A stretch of DNA of 64,000 nucleotides, from contig NW_024704743.1 in the NCBI RefSeq assembly GCF_018977255.1, positions 68,884,001-68,948,000 on the forward strand, written 5' to 3'. The translations under genes were made by a program, and so were the position numbers. Source of the DNA: Callorhinchus milii. Its lineage: Eukaryota. The notes below the pieces were generated by a model. That model saw only the letters and a list, made by a program, of their open reading frames with translations. It made no database searches and had not been told where the DNA came from. Below, one piece after another: positions 46,801 to 58,800 of the stretch; the first letter of the stretch is position 1; every line of letters begins with the position of its first letter.

Positions 46801-49800
46801 GCGGCAGAGTTCTGAATGAGCTGGATCTTGTGAATGCTGGAGCTGGGGAGACCAGCGAGGAGTGCATTGGAGTAATCCAAGCGGGAGGTGACAAACAAAT
46901 GCACAAGGGTTTCGGCTGCATTTGGGGTAAGGTACAGCAATGTGGTGGAGGTGGAAGAAGGCGGTCCTGGCCAGGGACCAGATGTGGGGGAGGAAAGACA
47001 GTTGGGAGTCGAACCGGATGCCTCGTTTGCACACTGGTTCAGTGAGTCTGAGGGAGAGCCCAGGGAGGTTGAGGAGTTTAGATCCACAAGAGTGAAGACG
47101 TTGATGAAAGCCAAGGAGTATGGCTTCCGTCTTGTCCATATTCAGCTGCAGGAAGCTTACACTCATTCAGGCCCATACAGGGGCTCGAGGAGGAAGAGGA
47201 GGGAGAGGTGTGACTGAAGTTGACCTGCAACAATGCCAGAACTTTGGCAAGGAAGAGTAGGTTGGAGATGGGATGGTAGTGTGAGAGATTAGAGGGATCG
47301 AGGGTGGGTTTTTTGAGGAGGGGTGTGATGACAGCGGTTTTCAGGGGAAGTGGAACAGAACCTGAGGTGAGAGACTGATTGACCGTATCAACCAGCAGAG
47401 GGGAGAGAAGGGGGAGTTGAGTGACCAATAGCTAAGTGGGGAGGGGGTCCAGGCAGCAGGTGGTGAATTTCATTCGGATGATTGTGGTTGAGAGGGAGGA
47501 GGGAGAAATGGGGGCAAAGGAGTGTAAGGAGGGGTGAGTGGCAGGATATTAGGGTCGTTCATGGGACCTTGCTACAGGCAAAATATTATTATGTGCATCT
47601 TCACGTCACTATACTGAACAACTATTGTAAAGTGCTTTGAGCGTTTTGACATATAACATGCTAATATCAAATTAATAGCAATCAGCACAGAATGAATCAC
47701 ATTTCTACTCTCCAGAAGGGAGGTGTGGGTGATGAAATCTTAAAGAAACCCCGGAACTGACTATGAATGAATAAACGGGGTCTCACTTTTGTGATATTTC
47801 CATTCTGTAAACAGGTGAAGAAAGAACCACTACCCCAAAGTGTGTGTGTGTGTGTGGGTGAGGCGGGGGGTGTCGTGGATGTTCAGTGCCAACCCATCCA
47901 TTATGCGCAAGTTTTAGGGAAAAGATTTTAATTTCACCTGAACGGGATCAAATGTTCTTCTACTGAAGAAAATTTTGATTTTTGTGATACTGAGATCAAT
48001 AAACCCATGCAGATTCTCTTCTAATTTGGGGGAAGGTCTGCAAAGCCTGCTGGCTGAGACCAGATGGCCTGTTTGATTTGCATACGAATCAAAGAGCCAA
48101 TAATGGGGAACAGAATCTTTGAAGAATACTACAGACACAGCTCACAAACATTAGCTATGTGAGCTTTATCCAGTAGTTCAGTGTTGCATGGACCCTGTTG
48201 CTGTCAAGAGCCCTGGACAGGACACAAGGCACAGAGAACCACCTCAAATCATAGCAAGCTAGAAAGGTCTTTTCTTGCTCCCTCCACTGGTGTCTGCCCC
48301 CATCGTATCTTGTATTGTGCAGCCGTATATTATCCAATGCATCCTTGACCTCCACAGATCTTTTGGATTACCCTCCCTTCCTTAATCCACCCATAGCAGG
48401 AAAAGTCTGTGGCCAGAAAAGCAGAGTTGTGGACAAGCAAACTATGAGAGCTATGTGCACAGTTTGTTTGTCTGGTATACAGAAGCATGGATGCTCTCTC
48501 CAGAGAGAGACACATCCCGCTGGCTTATTATCCAAAGGTGCAAGTTGGGAAGAGACAAAGGTAGGAAACCCTAGAATATGTTTTGAGTGTTTAAGTGAAG
48601 TTTAACCAGCTAAACATATGCAACTTATTATTACGGAGCACTGGTAAACTGCTGCTTATCCAACTAGGATCACTTTACCCATTGGGGCTTTGGCTTGCAA
48701 GGTTATCTGGAAGTCCAATAACTGGTCTACTCTTCCAATTTCCACCAACTAAGCCGGGTTGGCTGATAAATCATCAACATTGTTCTGGAGTATCAGATGT
48801 ACTGGTCAAGTGTAAGACTTGTAATTTAGAGGAAATTAGCTTATTAGATGGAAAACTCAATAGGAATCTGACTGCAATAACTGGGATCAAAAAATTTACC
48901 AGTCACTGACTAATTAAGATCCTAAGAGATATGTTCTAGTGTAGAACTAACCTGCTTTTTATAACACCTTTTCATGTTGAACAGTAATTACTGTCAAGTG
49001 AAGGGAGTAATTTTAGGTAAACACAACCACTGTATTTTGTACATAGCAACAACTCTCAACAAACAGAATGAGCAATTTATCAAGAGGTTGTTGGCCACTT
49101 CACTGGGAGAAACTTGTTTTTGAATAGCACTGAGGGAACTGTAAAGTCCACCTGAAGGACAGGCAGTTAGGTGCTCTGCAGATTGTAGTTTTCTTGAATG
49201 TTTGAAGGACGGAGCCTCCTTTTCTTAAACTAATACTTGTAAGGTACTGAATTAGCTGCCAAACGAGAACTAGAACCGGCACAAAATTTAGGGCACAAAA
49301 AGCGGCCTTTCAACCCATTGTGTCTGTGCTAGATAAACAGCATTCAGAGAGACCCGAGAGACCTATCAAGCATATGGGTTAAAGAGAGACAGATGGGTCT
49401 TAATGTAAGATGTACTATTCTGGGAGATCAGCAATTGGTGGGATCAGGCAAAGTCCAATATGACCATAAACTATTAACACATGTCTTCCCATAGAGGAGA
49501 ATCTCACCTAAACTCAGATACAAAACCCCCACAATCTAATTACGGAACTGAAATCATGGAAGTCACTCTTACTGTTCTCAGCAGTCCATTTTGAACAAGC
49601 GACGCAGTGAGTCGAGGCAAAAACATTAATGTTCCAGCCTGCTGGCAACAAACTCCCACATGTCTGAGGTTGAAGGCAATCATTACAAACGAGGACAAAC
49701 CTGGAAACATAGTGCATCCGATAAGCTGATGGAAGGCAGACAAAGACGAGCATTAATTGTCCTGGTAAACCAGTTTTGAATCCCACTAAATGGAACATCT

Positions 49801-52800
49801 CGTAGAATATAAACGGCACCAATCACTATAATCCGCTGACAATTTACAAATTGAATGGATTCTGTCGCTATCAAAAACATATTCCAATATTGAAACATCA
49901 ACCATTTCCAAAGCACTAAATCAGTTATTTGCCAACAGATTTGCCTGAAAGGCTGTTATGAATAATTTGTCTGCAATAAGTGTCCACTGCTTCATAATCT
50001 TAAAACTTTAAAAGCTCCAGCTTTAGATATTCTGGTTCCTTCTGCAGAAAGATAGCAGTTATTTTACATTTATTAAAATTACAATGGCTTGGAAATGACA
50101 AAATAATCCTTGGAATGATGGGAACACACAAAAAGAAGCATTGATGGTTTTGTGCAGGCCTCACTCAAGCAATGGATGACAAATGTTTAAATCATCTCAA
50201 GCAAACACTAATGATGTACTGCGGTTAAATTCCTCACCACATGTCACAGAGGAGGAAATAAATGCCTGATCTGTGATCTGGAAACTCCATTCATTCCATG
50301 TTGATCATTTTAATTGGTAGCCTCCAGTAAGTAATGAGCAGTGATCTGGAAACCAGTTTGTTCTATAATGAAGCAGTGTAGTGCTAAAAGCAAAATATGA
50401 GATTTTAGGGCAGTGAAAGGCAGATCTGATAAACGCTGACTCCAACAACTCCCTGTGGCTGTGATGCAGCACAATAACCCATTGCTACAAAGTCTTTCTC
50501 TCAAACCAAGGTCATATGTCAGGTTAGGTTGGGATGCTTTCCATTAATAGCTGTTTGACATATTATATATAAAATATACAAAAAATTAAACAAACTTACT
50601 GAATGTAGAATATTGGCCTTAGGAATGTATCTAAAGAGGTGAACAAGAGTACACTATACTGCCACTGTTGTTAATCATCCCTTTATGATAGGATTTTCCA
50701 TATTTAATGTTCCCATATATATTATATACATCTATAAACGTGTTCCCAGCGCCGGAGTTCTGCATGGATCATATTTCAATAAAAGCTTTTGTCTTATTGT
50801 AAAATTGTTCGACTTAAGCAAACAGTTATAGGTGAGTCCTCAGAGATAACAGATCTCATGGTGTCTTTAACAAAGTGTCATGGACATCTAGGCAAGTGGG
50901 TATTCTTTACATGTGAACCTGCATAGCACAGGTCTAGTGAACAACACAGACAAACCGGTTCGTCCTCACACAAATAATATACCCATACACTTTCCAGCCA
51001 AGGTCACTGGATAATATAATGTGCCTTGCATTTTGATATAGTGTCTTATCAAATCGTTGAGGTATCGCAAAGTGCTTCACAGAATATATTGTAAAGTGAT
51101 GATACTGTGTAGTTTGAGGGTGAACGAAGCAGCAAATTTGCACACAGCAATACTCCACAAACAACCATGGAGTTAATGCCAAATTTTATTTGGGGAATGT
51201 TGGTCAGAACACCAGGAGAAACTCCCTAATCTTTTTGAATAATACCTTGTGATCTTTAACATCCAGCTGAACAAGTAGGCAGGACCTTGGCACCTTCGAC
51301 AATGTAGTACATCCCCAACAAAGTATTGAAGTGTCCATATAGACAATATGGATTTTAAGTCCTGATTTGAACCCACAACCTCTGACTCAGAGGCAAGAGC
51401 ACTACCAAATGAACCAGGCTGACACACACCAATAGCGATCAGAAGAGGAAACCTTGGCTGAGATTTCTCCCTACCCTTGCTTGGGGGTTCGAGTCCCAGC
51501 TGAGATCAAACAGGAATCAAACCTGCAGCTTTCGGTCTGCATAGCTCAGTGATACGGGAAGGGTGGCTTTACCCAATGGACAATATACAACAATTTGCAT
51601 TTATATAGTGCTCTTCATGTAGGATAATGCTTTGCAGCGCATCGCAGTGACAGAGTTGGATGTCAAGCTAGAAGGAGGGAGGAAGAGTGGGGGGGTAGGG
51701 GAAAGAAAGTGACCATACACACTGACAAAGAGGTTGGGTTTAAATTGGTATTTGGGCACATTCACCCACCAATACACAAACACTCCACGTTGCGGTATAT
51801 CACGTGAAGCGATTTGGGACGTCCTCCCAATGTGAAAGGCGTTATTAGATAGAGAGAGGACAAGGTGTAGGATAGGACCTTAGAAGAAAGTATTTTAACA
51901 TTTTTAGGCACACATTTGTTACGCCTTAAATACCTTTAGCAGTACTATGGCAGGGTTGGTGAAGGCGTTCTATTATTACAGCAATGACACAACGGATTGG
52001 AATGTGGATTTAATGAGTTGAAACCATAGTCTGATCTAAGTCAGCACAGCCAAAATAATCCAGCTAAAATGAACCTGAAATAAGAGCCCAATTTCTTGGG
52101 ATGTAGGGCACAGTCATGTTAAATCTCTATAAATGGATCAGTGACCTACTCAAGCTACTTTATTGGCTTTTGTGACGATCATGATGATGTACAAGAACAA
52201 GTGACCCAAGGAGTGTTTTCATTAAGCTGATCCTCTGGTTTCTCAATCACAGGAGGTTTGTGACCTGGAGTCACCTGAAAAAAGGACTTTTTCCACTGGA
52301 ACAATGAAGGTCGAGGGGTGACCTGATAGAGCAGCATACAAACTTGAGGGATTTTGATAATTCAATAACAAGAAATTATTTCTACTGGTTGGTGAATCAG
52401 TAACTAGAGGACATCAATTTAAGATAGTGAATAAGAATTGTTGTCATGCATATTATTCAAGAAATGGAATGCCCTGCCTGGAGCATTAGCTGAGGCAGAA
52501 TCCATATTGGCCTTTAAGAGGCAACCAGACAAATACCTTAAAAAGAGTCAGGTACAGGGGTATGGGAAAGGGAGCAGATAAATAATAATAATAATCCTTG
52601 CATTTGATATAGCGCTTTTCACGTCGGGAGGACGTCCCAAAGCGCTTCAAATGGGACTGAAAGGAGTGCTCTTGAAGGAGCCGGCACAGATAAGATGGTC
52701 TGAATGGCCTCCTTCTGAGACGTAAACTTTTATGGTTCTATGGCATCACTCCACCAAGAAGCATGTGGTGAATAATGATCCCTTTTCTCTAAACTCTCCA

Positions 52801-55800
52801 CTAGGATCGCATATTGCCTGCACTTACAACAAAGGAGTTACACTGCCAATTGAGATTTGCGCACTAACATTGGGCACCTGTGCAAAAACTACAGATTAAT
52901 CTCATGAAATTGGGATTTTTAAAGTAGGTTTGGGATTTCATTTTTTTATATAAATGAACACTTGGGTAGAATAATAGGTCACCCCCGTGAAAGGCGCTAT
53001 ATAAATGCAATTTGTTGTTGTACACATTTTCTCACATGACAACAGTCAGTTTAGTAGGGAAGTCATTTGGCCCAGTCAGCATTTTGGTGTCAAAATTCCA
53101 CCGCCTTTCTCTCCAGAAGGTATTGACCCAGATACAATTCCACAGTATTGCCCAGCCAGCTATTCTTCATTGATGAACTAAGACAGCTTTAACAGTTTAC
53201 ATAGTTGCAAGTTTTAGGCAAGAGTATAATTCTATTTTCACCTCTCACACACACACATGCATACACACACGCATGCACTCGTGCGCGCGCATGCGCATGC
53301 GCACACACACACACACCAGGATCATTGGATAACTATCAGGAATGGAAATACTGATCAATATTTCCGGTTCTTGGCCCAGGGACATCCACCCAAATTGTAG
53401 AACCCCACCTGAGACCAACTAACTCATCAGTCAACCACGCTCCTTCTAGCTGTTCAGTTTTGAGCTGGATCGTGCATTTCATACACCTATTGGAGAAGCC
53501 CTCATGCCTTACTATTTTTAATTAAATAGAAATTAATCTTCAAATGTACTGTAGCACAAAAGATTATGAACAGATCAGCAAACAGATGGGAAGTAAAGCA
53601 CATTATTCAAGCACTGCCGTAACAACTGGCATTCTAAAGCAGTGGGGAAATCTATTACAGTAACTCACAATTAACAAAATAACCTGCAGTACTATTTTAC
53701 AGATTGACGTGATAATACAGTACGAGTGAGTGCAGCCAAGCATAGTGGTGCAGCTGTATTCACCATCAGTACTCTTTCTGGGCTGCACAGATTCTCCAAA
53801 CAGATAAGCAAGGCTTCTTTGCTCGTGATCTCATTGCTACAGTCCTCCGGATGTGAAAGGCGCTATACAAATGTAATTTTGTTGTTGTTGTACAGAGGAT
53901 CAAGCAGAGGTTTTCTATGGTAAACATAATTTCATAAAAAGCCAGAAAATATATTACCTTATATTAATCCTTATTTGATATGGCGCCTTATTACGTCTTC
54001 GAAAAGTCTCAAAGCGCTTCACAGAGTATACTGTAAAGTAAATTGACTGCATATTTTGTGGGGGGAACCCGGCAACCAATTGGGCACAGCAGTGTCCCAC
54101 AAACAGTCATGGATTGAGTGACCAAACTATTTTTATTTATTTTGAAGGAATTATTACCTCCGGAAAAGCAATCCGCCAATCGACTAACAGCCGGGTTCCT
54201 ACTTACTGCTAGGTAAACAGAAACGTGTGGAGTAAGGAAACTTACCCAACATTTCGCCCTGCTACATTAACCCTATTAAAGTATAACAAATTCATCTGAT
54301 CTGACATTGGAAAACCTTCATTTAAGAACAATTAAAGCCTTTTTTTTTTAAATCAATTTTTACCGATAAATGCCCCATCTATTTTTTGATGAAAATCAAA
54401 AGCTTCTTTCTACCCGAATATTATTTTTAAAAACCTGAATTATACCTTTTTTCAGCATCTTTGCTAGTGTACATAGATCATGAAAATCTCCTCTCTGCAC
54501 TTCGTGTTCTAGGAATGTATACACAATGGAATATGTGTACAAGCACACAGGTAAGCCAGTTGTGGGCTTGTGGGAGCATTATTCTTGTTATTACTATCAT
54601 CATCTATGCATTTGGTGTAGTGCCTTTCACGTCAGGAGGACATCTCAAAGAGCTTCACAGGATATATACTGTAAAGTGTAGACCTAAATGGAGGAAAGTT
54701 CCAAAATAAGCTCCAATTTTCAACACGTTTTCTTTTGTGTCAACACACCCTTCCACAAACCCGAATATATTCTCCCGATATTTGAAAATAATAAACCCTG
54801 AAAGAAACACAGGTTTTTCATTTTATGAATAACTTTAATTGTCGTTCCCTACAGGAATGAGGTTTTATACCTACAGGAATGAGAGAGTTTTTGGAGGATC
54901 GGTGGGTGGGGGAGGCTACATTAAAGTTACAACATTGCCATGTATGCATGATTCTATAAGGTAATCAATCCACAGGAATAGAAACCTTATACCTAAATAA
55001 TCACATTAACATTCCTCCAGTATTTTTCCTACACAACACTGAACTGGACCAGTAAATTTAAAGCATTCAACTCTAATCTAAAGATGCATAAAGTAAACTC
55101 AATGTTTTTTAAATAAAAAAAAGAAACTAGATTGAGGCATTTTTTAAGGCTGAAGGATTTTCAAGTCTGTGACCTAAGTGGATTAAATGAAGCTTTCAGT
55201 CTCAGATTTGAAAAATATTTAATAAAACATCTGTGGTTTCTCTGAATACAAATGACGCAAAATCCTATGATGTCTCTTCAGTTACCCGTGTGAAACAAAG
55301 ACTGCAGAGATGCTATTCTATTTCTCGTAGCTAACCCTCAAAGCATTAACTCCATTTGCAACAGAAGAAGGTTAAAATGAGAAAATTTGATTTAAACTCT
55401 TTTTAGAAAGATTATTCTTGACTGAAATATATTTTTTCAATATCCTGGTGCTGAACATAGGTGTTCATTGACAGCTACAGTGAATATAGTAAACACTGCA
55501 CCCTTAATCCTATTTTTCCATCATCTACAGGTGAAGCACACTTGAAGGACAGATATGTTTGGATATTTACCTGCTGCCTGGCCCGTCAGAAATTCTGATG
55601 AGACAATTGCTGGGAACAAAGGTGTGCAAGGCTGGGCAAGCTCTTCTGAATAATTTTAACAATCCACCCTGAGCCAGATTAAATGATGCAGCACAATAGA
55701 TTTAGTCCAGGGGCCTAATTTTATATAACATTGTTTTAAAGAGATGAGCTAATCAGAATCTCGCTTGCAACATTTATTTAAATTGTTTTCAGCGATCAGG

Positions 55801-58800
55801 CCTGAGGTGGCTGAATCCCGACTGGATTTATTAAAGTATTGGATGATACATCAGAATGCTTCATAGCAAATAATAATCCATGCATATGATATTGCACCTT
55901 TCACATCGAGAGGACATGTCCCAAGGACATGTACTCTCGATGTGGATAGGATACACAGGATACACTGCAAATACATTGACTAATATTTATAGGCAAAACT
56001 ACTGCATTTATGCAAAGCATTACCAGTTCAAAGACCCATTTCAGGGATAACAAATGGATCTAGACTTGGCACATTCACCCACAAAATACATGGTCACTAC
56101 ATTTTACAATAAAATCCTGGAAACTGTATTCAGATGTCCTATGGATGTATTTAATAGGTTATTTGGTCAAACCTTACCATTGCTGGAACAACTTTCATAA
56201 AGTAAATAGAACACAGTAGGTTGTGTGCATGTTAGCAGCTTACTAGCACTAAAATACTTGTTGTTTGTAGATTGCAGTTTACCACCAATGCTAATAATTC
56301 AGAATGCAGAAATCCAGAGTGCAATCAAAAGGCAAAAAAAACACTTCCTCATTTTACCTGTCCCAACAACAACAACAAAATTACATTTATAGACCGCCTT
56401 TCACATCAGGAGGACGTCACAAAGCGCTGAACAGTCAGGTGTCGGGGCCCGAGCATGGGGGAGGGTGGTGTAGGGGTGAGGGAAGGCAGAGAGGTGGGAG
56501 GGAGACCAAAGGCACGGTCGAAGAGAAGGGTCTTGAGACCGGCCTTGAAGGAGGCAAGGGAGGAAGCGAGGCGAAGGGACCGTGGGATGGAGTTCCGTAG
56601 TGTGGAGGCAGAGAAGCTGAAAGCCCGGCCACCGATGGCAGGGCGGGTCGGGCAGGAGACATGGAGCAGACCGGAGCCCGATGTCACAGTGCAAAGTGAC
56701 TCATTAATTAAACAATACACAGGCAAAATAATTTTCCCCTCTTTCCCCAGCCCCACCTCCCTTAAGAAAATACTTTAGGAGGAATGTTATGATAAATATG
56801 TTCTTGCCAATAGGATATTCGTATCTTAGTCTGTAAGAACCAGCCATAATGAGATTTACCTCTACCTATCATCAACTCTGCTGATAGACAGATGTCCAGC
56901 TGTGTAAAGCAGCATTGACATTCTGGAACACTGTTTAATTCCTCGACTGTACTCAGCTTTTCAGTTGTGGTTCAACAGCCTGTTTCAGCATTCAAGCCAC
57001 AATATTATACCAATCAATGCTCAACAGCCTCCTAGAGATGGATTCTGATCTTTCTCAGTTGAATATCTAACCGAGTGATTCTCACATCAATGCAATCACA
57101 TTGAAACCGTTATGACACTTAATATTTTTCTCATGCATTTGTGAACTGACCCTACACCCCTCTCCAAACCTCGACCCGGCAGAGTGAATTGGTCCCATGC
57201 TCAATTTCAGGAGGTTTTAGCTGCCGCTTTAGCAGTTTCATTGTGGAGCCAGCACGTGAGGCTGCTTCACAGAAACGCAGACATGTTCAACACATAGCGA
57301 GGCAATTTTTGTCCCTTTTGGTATGGACAAATAATACTTGTATTTTGCTTAGCCTCTACTCACTGTCCAATGTAGAACTATATAGATTACCCACATCCTA
57401 GAAGACAACCTTTAACTGATACCACTTTTAACTCATGAATTTGTTATAGTATAGTGACGTAGATGACTATATTTTGAAGTTTTCATCCAAGTTTTTAATA
57501 TCTAAATACTGATGTGTTTTCCCCCAGATCAAAGCCCCATACCTGCCTGAGGGGGTAAACAGCAACTTGCTCAAAGCTCTTGACAATATGCTTCTATTAT
57601 CAGACCACATACTGGGAGGAGCTCCATTTTGCTATGGTAACCCAATGTAGACACCAAACACAAGCCCTTGCCACTCCTGCATGTTGTCAAAAACAAACAT
57701 AACTGAATACTTGTCGCACAAAAAAACACACAGGAATGCAAATGCATAACAATAGTAAATTCCTAGGAGGATTCCAAGCCGTACCACAAAGAAATAAAAT
57801 ACCAGTGAGTAATATTTTCATCACCATCATCATTGCAGTTAGGGTAGCGACTTTCACCTCGAATGTTCATGATCTGATCATAGAGGAGGTATTATTGTGA
57901 GATAAATCAACCACCGATTTAATACAGAGATCAAGATAAATTGCATAAAACTCTAATCCCGGACCAGTACATAATATTCCAAAATATGTTAAGGTTATAT
58001 ATTGTACAGTCAAAGCATCTGTCCAGAGCCTTGGGACGTCCTCCTGACGTGAAAGGCGCTATACAAATATAATCTTGTTGTTGTTGCCTCAAGTTACCAG
58101 GGCAAGTTACTGCACTTCCCAGCATGCGGGCGGTTAGAGAACATTTTTGGCAGTAAGTCAAGAGCAGATTGTGGGTTCACGCTCAGGCAGGTATTGGGCT
58201 TTGATCTTTGAGAACCACATCTGTAATTAGATATTTAAACATTTATATGTTTAATTATTGATGTGGCAATATTAATGTAAACATGATATTGATTCTCTGA
58301 AGGCTGAACACAATTTGTACCTTTGCTACCATGCCAGAGTTCTTCTTACTGCCTACCTCCCTCACCTTGTTCAAGGTCAATCTCAAGACCTACCTCTTTG
58401 ACTATACTTTTGGTCAGCTCCCCGCCCCCACCACCTTGGCTCCCATCAACAGCTCTGGTGCCAAGCCAGTATTGTTAAGTGTCTTGGGAAGTCCACTCGA
58501 TGTGAAAGGCACTATATAAATGTAAATTTGTATCGTTACCTGTACATTTGTAATGTCGGAAATATGAGATTTCTGAAAGAGAGAAGCCTGAAACAAGCAG
58601 TAATTTAAGTTTCAGATTGATTGCCAAAAATGGATTGCTTCATGCAATGAATTCTGGTGTAATTGAAAGACTCCCCCCCCCCACCGCACCATCCCCCCAA
58701 CCCCATTTCAAAATTCCACCACCTTCTCTTGAGGGACAATTCTGTGTCAAGAGATTATGGGTTCAAGCCCAACATTGGAATTTCACTCACATGCTAAACT

